From an uncultured Muribaculaceae bacterium (GTDB lineage: Bacteria > Bacillota_I > Bacilli_A > RF39 > UBA660), in assembly GCA_964402155.1 (NCBI GenBank), contig CAYOAY010000001.1:1-57653 (forward strand): a stretch of 57,653 bases of DNA, given 5' to 3'. The notes under the pieces are model-generated. The model made no database searches. It saw only the letters and a list, made by a program, of their open reading frames with translations, and was not told the origin of the DNA. Below, piece by piece: positions 46,415 through 54,960 of the stretch. Position numbers and translations under genes: made by a program. Position 1 is the stretch's first letter; each line of letters starts with the position of its first letter.

Positions 46415-48780
46415 ATACTAAGTCCTATCAATAAGCCAATTCCTACAACCAATAATGAACAAACCCAAGCAATTAAGCATTGGAATATAACTACTATAAA
46501 TGCCCATTTTCTTCCTAGTTCTCTTTTGATTGCACCTACAGCCGCAACACATGGTGTATATAACAAGCAAAAAACAAGTAAACTAAAAGCAGCAAGAGGA
46601 CTAATAATAGATGTAATGTTAGTTGTTCCAAGTAATAAAGTTAATGTTGATACAACACTTTCTTTAGCCATAAATCCCGCAATTAAACTAGTAACAATTC
46701 GCCAATCACCAAATCCTTGTAATTTAAATATTGGTTCAATTAACATTGCAATATGCGCAAGGATACTATTATTTGTTAATGATGAATCAAGATAATTAAA
46801 ACCAAAATCAAATGATTGTAAAAACCAAATAATCATTGAAGCAATAAAGATTATTGTAAATGCTCTTTTTAAAAAGTCTTTTGATTTATCCCATAATAAT
46901 TGTAATACATTCTTCGCACCAGGTACGCGGTAATTAGGAAGTTCCATAACAAAAGGAACTGCTTCCCCTTTAAAGACGGTATTTTTACTAATTAATGCAA
47001 CCACAATTGCCATTATAATTCCAATAAAATAAAGTGATACCATGATTAACCAACTATACTTAGGACTAAAGAAGGCACTAATAAAGAAACCATAAATTGG
47101 AATTTTCGCCGTACAACTCATAAATGGAGTTAAAAAGATTGTCATTTTACGGTCTCTTTCAGAAGGCAAGGTTCTACTTGCCATAACTCCTGGCACAGTA
47201 CAACCAAATCCAATAAGCATAGGTACAATACTTCTTCCTGATAATCCAATCTTTCTAAGTAATTTATCCATCACAAATGCAACACGAGCCATATATCCAG
47301 AATCTTCTAATATCGATAAGAAAAAGAACAAGACAACAATGATTGGTAAAAAGCTTAAAACACTGCCAACTCCCGTAAAAATGCCATCAATTATCAGTGA
47401 ATGTAAAACATTATTAACATTAGCCTTTGTTAAGGCATTATCAACTACTGAAGTTAGAGCATTAATACCAAGTTCTAATAATTCTTGAAGACCAGATCCA
47501 ACCAATCCAAAAGTTAAGTAAAATACTAGAGCCATAATTATAATAAAAGCTGGTATTGCTGTAAACTTACCTGTTAATATTTTATCTATTTTTCTACTTC
47601 TTATATGTTCTTTACTTTCTTTGGGTTTTACTACAGTTTCACTACATAATGAATTAATAAAAGAAAATCTCATATCAGCTATTGCTGCAGAACGGTCTAA
47701 AGAACTTTCTTCTTCCATTTGTACAATAATATGTTCAAGCATTTCTTTTTCATTTTGTGAAAGTTTTAATGCATCTAATACTAATTTATCATTTTCAATT
47801 AATTTAGTCGCAGCAAATCTAACTGGTATATTGGCTTCTTTCGCATGGTCTTCAATTAAATGCATAACACCATGAATTGACCTATGAACAGCTCCTCCAT
47901 TTTTAGCCTCACTACAAAAATCATTTCTAAGAGGTGTTTCTTGATATTTAGCAACATGAATCGCATGTTCAATTAGTTCTTTTACCCCTTCATTTTTTGA
48001 AGCAGAAATGGGAACAATAGGAACCCCAAGCATTTCTTCCATCTTATTAATGTTAATGGTACCACCATTACCTCTAACTTCATCCATCATATTTAAGGCA
48101 ATAACCATTGGAACATTTAATTCCATAAGTTGTAGTGATAGATATAAGTTTCTTTCAATATTGGTTGCATCTACTATATTGATAATTCCTTTTGGTTTTT
48201 CATCTAAAATAAACTGTCTAGAAACTATTTCTTCAGATGTATATGGTGATAAACTATATATACCTGGTAAATCAGTAACTAGAGTTTCTTGATTACCTTT
48301 AATTACTCCACTTTTTCTATCAACAGTTACACCTGGGAAATTTCCAACATGTTGATTAGAACCAGTTAATTGATTAAATAAAGTTGTTTTGCCACTGTTT
48401 TGATTTCCTGCAAGCGCAAATGTAAGTATGGTTCCTTTTGGTAGCGGCTTTTCATCTTCTTTATTATGAAATATTCCTCCTTCACCAAGTCCTGGGTGAT
48501 GTAGGTCTTTTTTGGGTTCTGCGCTTAATTGAATAAATTCTTTATCCTCTTCTAAAGTACTTATTTCAATTTTACTTGCATCATCAAGTCGAAGCGTTAA
48601 TGTATATCCATGAATTAAAAGTTCCATCGGGTCACCCATTGGTGCGTACTTTAATAAAGTAATTTTAGCACCTGGAATTACTCCCATATCTAAAAAGTGT
48701 TGTCTAAGGGAACCTTCGCCGCCTACACTTGTAATGATTGCTGATTTACCTAATTCTAATTCTTTTAGTGTCATATTCAT
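46411..48780 (-). CDS. feoB: Ferrous iron transporter, FeoA-FeoB fusion
   Basis: N-terminal FeoA SH3-like domain (LGKSAIITSV..GDPMELLIHGYTLTLR). G-domain motifs GNQNSGKTTLFN and DLPG. A polytopic C-terminal FeoB permease. Confidence 0.9.
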   Translation of the reverse strand: MNMTLKELELGKSAIITSVGGEGSLRQHFLDMGVIPGAKITLLKYAPMGDPMELLIHGYTLTLRLDDASKIEISTLEEDKEFIQLSAEPKKDLHHPGLGEGGIFHNKEDEKPLPKGTILTFALAGNQNSGKTTLFNQLTGSNQHVGNFPGVTVDRKSGVIKGNQETLVTDLPGIYSLSPYTSEEIVSRQFILDEKPKGIINIVDATNIERNLYLSLQLMELNVPMVIALNMMDEVRGNGGTININKMEEMLGVPIVPISASKNEGVKELIEHAIHVAKYQETPLRNDFCSEAKNGGAVHRSIHGVMHLIEDHAKEANIPVRFAATKLIENDKLVLDALKLSQNEKEMLEHIIVQMEEESSLDRSAAIADMRFSFINSLCSETVVKPKESKEHIRSRKIDKILTGKFTAIPAFIIIMALVFYLTFGLVGSGLQELLELGINALTSVVDNALTKANVNNVLHSLIIDGIFTGVGSVLSFLPIIVVLFFFLSILEDSGYMARVAFVMDKLLRKIGLSGRSIVPMLIGFGCTVPGVMASRTLPSERDRKMTIFLTPFMSCTAKIPIYGFFISAFFSPKYSWLIMVSLYFIGIIMAIVVALISKNTVFKGEAVPFVMELPNYRVPGAKNVLQLLWDKSKDFLKRAFTIIFIASMIIWFLQSFDFGFNYLDSSLTNNSILAHIAMLIEPIFKLQGFGDWRIVTSLIAGFMAKESVVSTLTLLLGTTNITSIISPLAAFSLLVFCLLYTPCVAAVGAIKRELGRKWAFIVVIFQCLIAWVCSLLVVGIGLLIGLSI

Positions 48781-48843
48781 ACCTCTAATTTGTACATATT
48801 ATATCAAAATTAAGTTTAAATTACTAGTAAATTACAAAAAAGA

Positions 48844-48875
48844 AAATATGTTTATGAATAGACATAAACATATTT
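48844..48875 (-). terminator. Intrinsic terminator upstream of the feoAB promoter region
   Basis: Perfect 13-bp inverted repeat AAATATGTTTATG-6 nt-CATAAACATATTT, followed on the minus strand by TTCTTTTTT. Confidence 0.65.
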
Positions 48876-48936
48876 ATATAATTAATTATTTATTATTACT
48901 AAATTCTTTATATATACCTTTTATAAATCTAAAGTA

Positions 48937-49569
48937 TTATAATGCTATATATTCTTTTTTCATTGTTGTTATAAATGACATAACCGAAAAAACCATCAAT
49001 ACACCTAATATAGATATTGTTGAAACCATTGAAAGTAAATGCATATCACTACTTGCTTCGGTTTGATTAACAATAATCATTGTATTTTGTAATGTTAGAA
49101 CTGACATTGCTGCGTCAAATAATCTTACTAGTTTCATTTGATTGATAATAAGAGATTCTGATTTTTTCTTTTTAGAACAAAGATTATATATAACAGATAT
49201 TACTTTACAGGTTGTATATAATGCGATTGCTATTGCGGGGATCAAAGTCATATTAACACTCTTTTGACCATTCACCATTAATATTGCGGGGAATATCATT
49301 ACAATATTCATAATAAATAGAATAATAGATGTCGCAATATATGTAGGTTTTTCATAATCTTTCTTTTTGTTATGATATAAAGTAAATCTTATTATTAAAA
49401 GTAATAAATAATATAAAAAGATTGCTTGGTTCCATACTGTATGTTTAATTAAACCTAGGATTCCATTATATATAGAGAAGGCTAAACTACATAAAACTGA
49501 TATAAAGAATGAATGTTTTTGAAATAGGTTTTTATATTTCTTAAATGTTTCTATTAATGTATTAAACAT
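48937..49569 (-). CDS. Membrane protein, function unknown (last gene of the TetR operon)
   Basis: 210 aa with about 6 TM segments. Its start lies 2 nt after the tetR-family stop, with RBS GAGGA. Confidence 0.55.
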   Translation of the reverse strand: MFNTLIETFKKYKNLFQKHSFFISVLCSLAFSIYNGILGLIKHTVWNQAIFLYYLLLLIIRFTLYHNKKKDYEKPTYIATSIILFIMNIVMIFPAILMVNGQKSVNMTLIPAIAIALYTTCKVISVIYNLCSKKKKSESLIINQMKLVRLFDAAMSVLTLQNTMIIVNQTEASSDMHLLSMVSTISILGVLMVFSVMSFITTMKKEYIAL

Positions 49570-49571
49570 AA

Positions 49572-50162
49572 TTATTCCTCATTATATTTAATACATTTAA
49601 GTATTACTTTTATTACATCATTAATTTCATCTTTACAATTATTTTTTAGCCATTCTAATATAATTGCAAGAATACCTTTTGAATAAAACTCTAAAATATA
49701 ACGTTGTTCTTCTTTTTTTATATTAAATTTATCCATAATAGGTTCAAATAAATTAGTATACATTTTATTAAATGTTTGTTCTGTATTTAATATTTCTGGT
49801 TTATTATGTGATAATCTAAATATTTTTTTATTTTCTTTTATAAATTTTAAGTATGGTTCTAAATATGGAGTAGTAACTAACATTAAGTCTTCTTTTTTTA
49901 AGGTTTGTTTCCAGTTAGAAGTAAATATATGTTTAGATTCATCAAATGATTCTGCGAACTTTTTATTTGTCATTTCAATTGTTTCTTCTAATAAATCATT
50001 TATTGATTCATAATGAAGATAGAAAGTTGATCTATTTACACCTGCTTTTTGACATATTTCTTTAACAGTAATATATTCATAATCTTTCTTTTCAAGTAAT
50101 ATTAATAAAGCTTCATCCATTGCTTGGGCAGTATTAAAATATTTACTTTCAAATCTATCCAT
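49572..50162 (-). CDS. TetR/AcrR-family transcriptional regulator
   Basis: N-terminal HTH (ITVKEICQKAGVNRSTFYLHYESINDLL), about 195 aa, RBS AAAGGAGG. Confidence 0.85.
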   Translation of the reverse strand: MDRFESKYFNTAQAMDEALLILLEKKDYEYITVKEICQKAGVNRSTFYLHYESINDLLEETIEMTNKKFAESFDESKHIFTSNWKQTLKKEDLMLVTTPYLEPYLKFIKENKKIFRLSHNKPEILNTEQTFNKMYTNLFEPIMDKFNIKKEEQRYILEFYSKGILAIILEWLKNNCKDEINDVIKVILKCIKYNEE

Positions 50163-50199
50163 AATTATTTCCTCCTTTGGAAAATATTAAACTTATTGT

Positions 50200-50553
50200 T
50201 TAGTTTTCTTCTGCTTCAATTTCGTTTGCTAAAGTAACGATTTCAAATGCATATTTTTCTTTTCTTTTAGCAAGTATTTGTTTATAAATTGGATAATTAA
50301 TAGCAACTAGGATTAATCCTATAATACCAATAACGATACCTAAAATAAAGGCATTACCTATTACTTTCATAGCAAGGCACATACCAGTACCAAAGATAAG
50401 AGTTGCGATAATACCAAATGTATAAGCAAATATCTCAGCTGGTCTTTTAGCCTTTCTATCTAATTTCTTTAAAGCTAGTACCTTAGATGTACTTTTTTTA
50501 GCATATTCCTTTGCTATTGATTGTGCATAAATTTTATCTGTATTCATTGTCAT
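50200..50553 (-). CDS. Small two-TM membrane protein, function unknown
   Basis: 117 aa. Amphipathic N-terminus, then two TM segments (IFAYTFGIIATLIFGTGMCLAM and ILGIVIGIIGLILVAI). RBS AAAGGAGG. Confidence 0.55.
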   Translation of the reverse strand: MTMNTDKIYAQSIAKEYAKKSTSKVLALKKLDRKAKRPAEIFAYTFGIIATLIFGTGMCLAMKVIGNAFILGIVIGIIGLILVAINYPIYKQILAKRKEKYAFEIVTLANEIEAEEN

Positions 50554-51000
50554 TTCCTCCTTTTGACACTAACATTATATCATTTATTAGTATTGGAATG
50601 AACAACATTTTTTATACTTTGTGTTGATTTAAACAAAATCTATCAAAATTATAAACTATTACATAATTATTATTATCATTTAATTAATATAGCTAGTTTT
50701 ACTAATATAATTATACAACAAAATTATAATTATGTGTTACAAATTTGAAATTTTTTTTAATTTGTGACACATAAATTAAAAAAAGTTTTTGATTTTTAAC
50801 ATTGAGTATTAATATTAATAAATCCATTTTTAATCTATAAAACATATTATTAATTAACTATTATCTCATATTATACAATTTAAAAAAGTAGATATCTCTA
50901 TCTACTTTATCAATACTTTATTAAATTTAAATTATTACTTTATATTCTTACTAAAGACAAATTGCATAATAAATCTTGCATATTTATCTACTTTATCTAT

Positions 51001-51365
51001 TGGTGGACCTGAGGGTAGTCGAAACCCTGTCCGAGAAATGTTAGGCTTTGCTTTCTACATATTTAGTTTATCTATTAAATTTCATAACTAAAAGTAAGAT
51101 AAACAAAATCTTTTAGTTACTAGCTTAATTATCTTGATTCATACCTCAAGCTATGGTAATTATCAAAGCCTACTCTCTTTCCCTTATTATACACGTAGGC
51201 TAGTATATTAAGAGATAAATCAAAATTAATTGATTACTTGCTTATGCTAGCAAGCGAAAGCGTAATTTGTGTTTGCGTTTAATTTAATAAACCTCAGGTT
51301 TTAACGTGCCTACCCACGATATGCTTACATTGCTTCACATAGCCCGTCGAAACCAGTACAGGCCC
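51001..51365 (-). ncRNA. ssrA: tmRNA (SsrA)
   Basis: The minus-strand 5' end is GGGCCTGTACTGGTTTCGACGGG and the 3' end is GGACAGGGTTTCGACTACCCTCAGGTCCACCA. This gives a tRNA-Ala-like acceptor with G3-U and a T-arm. The candidate tag ORF is GCA AAC ACA AAT TAC GCT TTC GCT TGC TAG (ANTNYAFAC), with its stop in the loop of hairpin CTTGCT/AGCAAG. Confidence 0.9.
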
Positions 51366-51428
51366 GTATATATGTAGTTTATCATATTTTCTTTATTTTT
51401 TCAAAAAATATGATAAATCTACTTCTTC

Positions 51429-52211
51429 TTAAATATCTATTTTTTTAAATTCTAATTTTTTAGGATACCAACTACATGCTTTATTGGTTTTTTCTATATT
51501 ACCGGTAGTATATATATCTACTTTTTGGTTATTATTAGAATCATTTAATAAATTATTTGTTTTTAATGTTTCATATAAATTAATACTTGTTGGATATCCA
51601 CATGCTATATATGTAATATTATTTCCAAGTTCTTCTTTAATTAAAGATTTAATTATACTAAAATGAGTACATCCATATATTAAAGTATCTATATTAGTTT
51701 TCTTTAAGTCTTTTAGTTTTTCTTTTACAAGTGTTTTTCCATAAGAGGAATTTAAATCTTTAGTTTCAATAAAGTCAACAAATTCTGAACAAGCAACAGG
51801 ATATACATTAATATTATTTTCCTTTAATATTTCTTGATACTTTCCTTTATTAATTGTTGCGTTAGTCGCAATAACTCCAATATTATTATTTTTTGTTTTA
51901 GATATTGCATAGTTACTTGTTGGTTTTATTACATCAATAATAGGAATTGATGTTAGTTTTCTAAGATCATTTACAAATAATGAAGCAGTATTACAAGCAA
52001 TTACAATTGCTTTTACATTTTGTTTAATTAAATATTTTACAATACGGCTAACAATTTGTTTTATTTCTTCTAATGGTTTTGTTCCATATGGGCATTTTTC
52101 TTCATCAGCAATATATATAAAATCTTCATTTGGCAACATTTTTATTAATTCATCTAGTACAGTAATACCACCTACACCAGAGTCAAATACCCCAATTGGC
52201 CTTGTTTTCAT
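51429..52211 (-). CDS. murI: Glutamate racemase
   Basis: IGVFDSGVGGITVL, ACNTAS and GCTHF catalytic Cys motifs. Confidence 0.9.
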   Translation of the reverse strand: MKTRPIGVFDSGVGGITVLDELIKMLPNEDFIYIADEEKCPYGTKPLEEIKQIVSRIVKYLIKQNVKAIVIACNTASLFVNDLRKLTSIPIIDVIKPTSNYAISKTKNNNIGVIATNATINKGKYQEILKENNINVYPVACSEFVDFIETKDLNSSYGKTLVKEKLKDLKKTNIDTLIYGCTHFSIIKSLIKEELGNNITYIACGYPTSINLYETLKTNNLLNDSNNNQKVDIYTTGNIEKTNKACSWYPKKLEFKKIDI

Positions 52212-52480
52212 GATTTCACCCTCAAATTTCGTTTTTTGTTCATTTCTTGATAATTAGTCAGTTTTAATTAAAACATTCAAATTTAACCCCTTTTTAGGCT
52301 TTAAATTAGAAAATAAAGTAAATTTATAAGATTATATTTAACAAATATAATTATAGTTAAATATTAAATGTATGATTATTATATACTAAATAGGTAGAAA
52401 TTGCAATAGAAAATATATAAAAATAATCGAATAAATATAATAAATAAAATACATTACTATTCAAAAATTTCCTATATAAA

Positions 52481-52501
52481 AGCCCTGATGAAATCAGGAC
52501 T
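52481..52501 (-). terminator. Intrinsic terminator after the DUF6273 lipoprotein gene
   Basis: The minus strand reads GTCCTGAT-ttc-ATCAGGGC, followed by TTTTAT. Confidence 0.6.
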
Positions 52502-52509
52502 AATTAAAT

Positions 52510-53301
52510 TTAAGCATTAATTATAATTACAGGTCTTACCCCAATTCGAATATAATAACAATCAATATAGTTATAAATGATACCATCATAATTCATACCA
52601 TATACTTGATATGGGCAATAGCTATTGGCATCTCTTAACCAATATGATGCATATCCATTACAGTCTATTTTTTCTTCTTCACTATAATATGTATTAACTT
52701 TATCTTTAATAAATTCAGTTGGCTTTAAGGCCTTTTTAATATTTAATTCAAAGTCTTTTTCACATAAAGTATATACAGAATCTTTAAATCCATCATATTC
52801 ATATTTAACCATTTGTTCTTGTTCAGCATCAGAAAATGCGGTATTATAGAAAGTAGAATTTAACCAAGTTCTAAGGTCTGAATATTCATAAGTATTTGCT
52901 TTGGTTTTTTCAGGAACTCCATCTTTATTTAAATATGAATAAATATCTGGTTTAAAATATTCATCGCTATTAAAGACAACACGGTCAAGGATTTTAGTTG
53001 AATATAAGTATTTAACACCATCTTTTAAAATAACTTGCCAAGTTATTGGTTCAACTTTATAATATGAATCATCTCTTAAATAGTAATATTCTTCATTATA
53101 TTCAATAAAAGAACGTTCATTTGTTTCATGTATTTGTTTTAATTCATTTATGATACTTTCATCTTCAACAAGACTTTGAGGATATAGTCCAAATGTCATA
53201 TCATCTAAATATTCTATTTTATTTGAATTATTAGAATTAACACAACTAGTTAATGGAATTAAAAGCATCAATAGTAATACGATTAATAGTCTTTTTTTCA
53301 T
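52510..53301 (-). CDS. DUF6273-like domain lipoprotein
   Basis: Lipobox LTSC after MKKRLLIVLLLMLL. Blocks FGLYPQS, EPITWQVI, YSDLRTWLNSTFYNTAFS, YWLRD and GVRPVIIIN match the DUF6273 pattern and the C-terminus of ORF 54961. The ORF-track start at 53367 overlaps the peptidase gene. Confidence 0.65.
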   Translation of the reverse strand: MKKRLLIVLLLMLLIPLTSCVNSNNSNKIEYLDDMTFGLYPQSLVEDESIINELKQIHETNERSFIEYNEEYYYLRDDSYYKVEPITWQVILKDGVKYLYSTKILDRVVFNSDEYFKPDIYSYLNKDGVPEKTKANTYEYSDLRTWLNSTFYNTAFSDAEQEQMVKYEYDGFKDSVYTLCEKDFELNIKKALKPTEFIKDKVNTYYSEEEKIDCNGYASYWLRDANSYCPYQVYGMNYDGIIYNYIDCYYIRIGVRPVIIINA

Positions 53302-53314
53302 ATGTTTTCCTTTC

Positions 53315-54343
53315 TTATTTAAATGGATCGAATTCGGTATTAGGGTCAAAATGCATAATGAAGTCAACTAACAAATCAATGATTTGTTCAACATCTTTCA
53401 TTGAACATACCTCAGTTGAAGAATGCATATATCTTAGTGGGATACTTACTAAATAAGTAGGGATACCACCATGTTTATCATACACGCTATCAGCATCAGT
53501 ATAGCTTCTGCTAGTCGCAATATCCATTTGAACATTAATTCCAAGTCTTTCTGAAGATTCTAACATCATTGAATGAATCTTTGGATTCATTAGAGATCCT
53601 CTTGTAAGAATCGGACCTTGTCCAAGCGATGTATCTCCAGTTAATCCTTCAAGATAATTAATGTCTGTTGCATATGACACATCAACAGCAATAGCAACCG
53701 TAGGATTAACGATTTCAGCAGCTGAATTTGCGCCTCGTCCTGTTGTTTCTTCACCAACTGTAGTTGAAGCATATACACCAAGTGGTGTATTTTTTTCTTT
53801 TACTTTTCTTAATACTTCAAGAATAATGTATGCGCCTAACTTATCATCTAAAGCACGACCTGCCAAAAAGTCATTTTGAAGATAAGTATAATTTGTACAA
53901 TGAACAACTGGATCACCAATAGATACAAGTTTTAATGTTTCTTCTTTAGATGAAGTACCAAGATCAAGCAGTAAATCAGTTACTTTTAAATTTGACATAT
54001 TAGGTGTATATCCTATAACACCATATACTTCTTTATTATTAGATGTAATTACTCTTACATGTTGACTAACGTAAGCATAAGGTCTAATACCACCTGCTCT
54101 TGCAATTTTACATGTTCCATCATTTAATACTTTTTCAATATATAAACCTATTTCATCAATATGTCCACATAATAATATCTTAGTATTAGAACTAGGATTA
54201 ATAACATTAATTACATTAAAGTTATGATGAGTAATAACTTCATCACTTATGTCTTTCATTTCATTAATAATCATTTTTTGAATATTAAGTTCAGAACCAG
54301 ATGGTGATGGAGTTTCTAACATTTTATATAATAATTCTCTCAT
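53315..54343 (-). CDS. M42-family metallo-aminopeptidase (glutamyl aminopeptidase/FrvX-like)
   Basis: PSPSGSE near the N-terminus, GHIDEIG, RALDDKLG, EETTGRGA, and DV..A.D metal-ligand blocks. Confidence 0.85.
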   Translation of the reverse strand: MRELLYKMLETPSPSGSELNIQKMIINEMKDISDEVITHHNFNVINVINPSSNTKILLCGHIDEIGLYIEKVLNDGTCKIARAGGIRPYAYVSQHVRVITSNNKEVYGVIGYTPNMSNLKVTDLLLDLGTSSKEETLKLVSIGDPVVHCTNYTYLQNDFLAGRALDDKLGAYIILEVLRKVKEKNTPLGVYASTTVGEETTGRGANSAAEIVNPTVAIAVDVSYATDINYLEGLTGDTSLGQGPILTRGSLMNPKIHSMMLESSERLGINVQMDIATSRSYTDADSVYDKHGGIPTYLVSIPLRYMHSSTEVCSMKDVEQIIDLLVDFIMHFDPNTEFDPFK

Positions 54344-54352
54344 AATGCCCTC

Positions 54353-54799
54353 CTAAAAAAATTTATATTTATTTTCTTTATCAATATATGATGAAAAAAT
54401 TTCAATACCATTATTTTCTAAAAATAAAGGAAGTTCTAATTTAAATCCCTCACAAAGTTTAATGTTATTCAAGTCTTTTATTTTAACCCAACCAATATCA
54501 CCTTCACAACTTGTTGAAATAATATTACCTTTATATTTATTTGTCTTAAATAAAATACCAACATTTCTAATATCAGAATCAGCATCATACCATTCACGGA
54601 TACCAATTAACTTTATATCAAAAATCTCAAGTCCAGTTTCTTCCTTAATTTCTCTGATAATTGCTGATACAATTGGTTCTTTATTTTCCACATGACCTCC
54701 AGGAAAAGTAAATCCAGGCCAATCATTACATCTATTAATCATCAAGACTTCTTCATCATTATATATCATACACATTACTGTTAATACTATTTTTTCCAT
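54353..54799 (-). CDS. NUDIX hydrolase
   Basis: Nudix box GGHVENKEPIVSAIIREIKEETGLE. Confidence 0.85.
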   Translation of the reverse strand: MEKIVLTVMCMIYNDEEVLMINRCNDWPGFTFPGGHVENKEPIVSAIIREIKEETGLEIFDIKLIGIREWYDADSDIRNVGILFKTNKYKGNIISTSCEGDIGWVKIKDLNNIKLCEGFKLELPLFLENNGIEIFSSYIDKENKYKFF

Positions 54800-54864
54800 A
54801 TATTCACCATTATTATTATATCATTATTAAAAGAAATATTCAACTTTATTGGAATAATTAAAAA

Positions 54865-54883
54865 GAGCCACATTAAGTGACCC
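54865..54883 (-). terminator. Putative terminator after the large surface-protein gene
   Basis: The minus strand reads GGGTCAC-ttaat-GTGGCTC (with G-U pairs), followed by TTTTTAATT. Confidence 0.4.
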
Positions 54884-54960
54884 TTAAAATTAAATTAATT
54901 TTACTTTAAAAAATAATCATAGAAATTTAACAAGTAAATTTTTTATTTAATTATTATTAC

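Noticed and set aside
48781-48843. Fur box upstream of feoAB
   Set aside because: I found no convincing match to the TGATAATnATTATCA-type consensus in this AT-rich region. The 13-bp palindrome at 48844-48875 is better explained as the terminator of the upstream operon.
1074-54695. Other 60-144-aa ORFs antisense to long genes (1074-1355, 2738-2947, 3871-4086, 5524-5724, 9787-10197, 15929-16165, 17010-17237, 32042-33160 group, 36615-37147 pair, 39029-39463, 46526-48292 group, 48734-49066, 51484-51666, 53253-53456, 53661-53879, 54462-54695)
   Set aside because: Each lies wholly or mostly inside a strongly supported gene on the opposite strand. They lack RBSs and have biased compositions expected from antisense frames.
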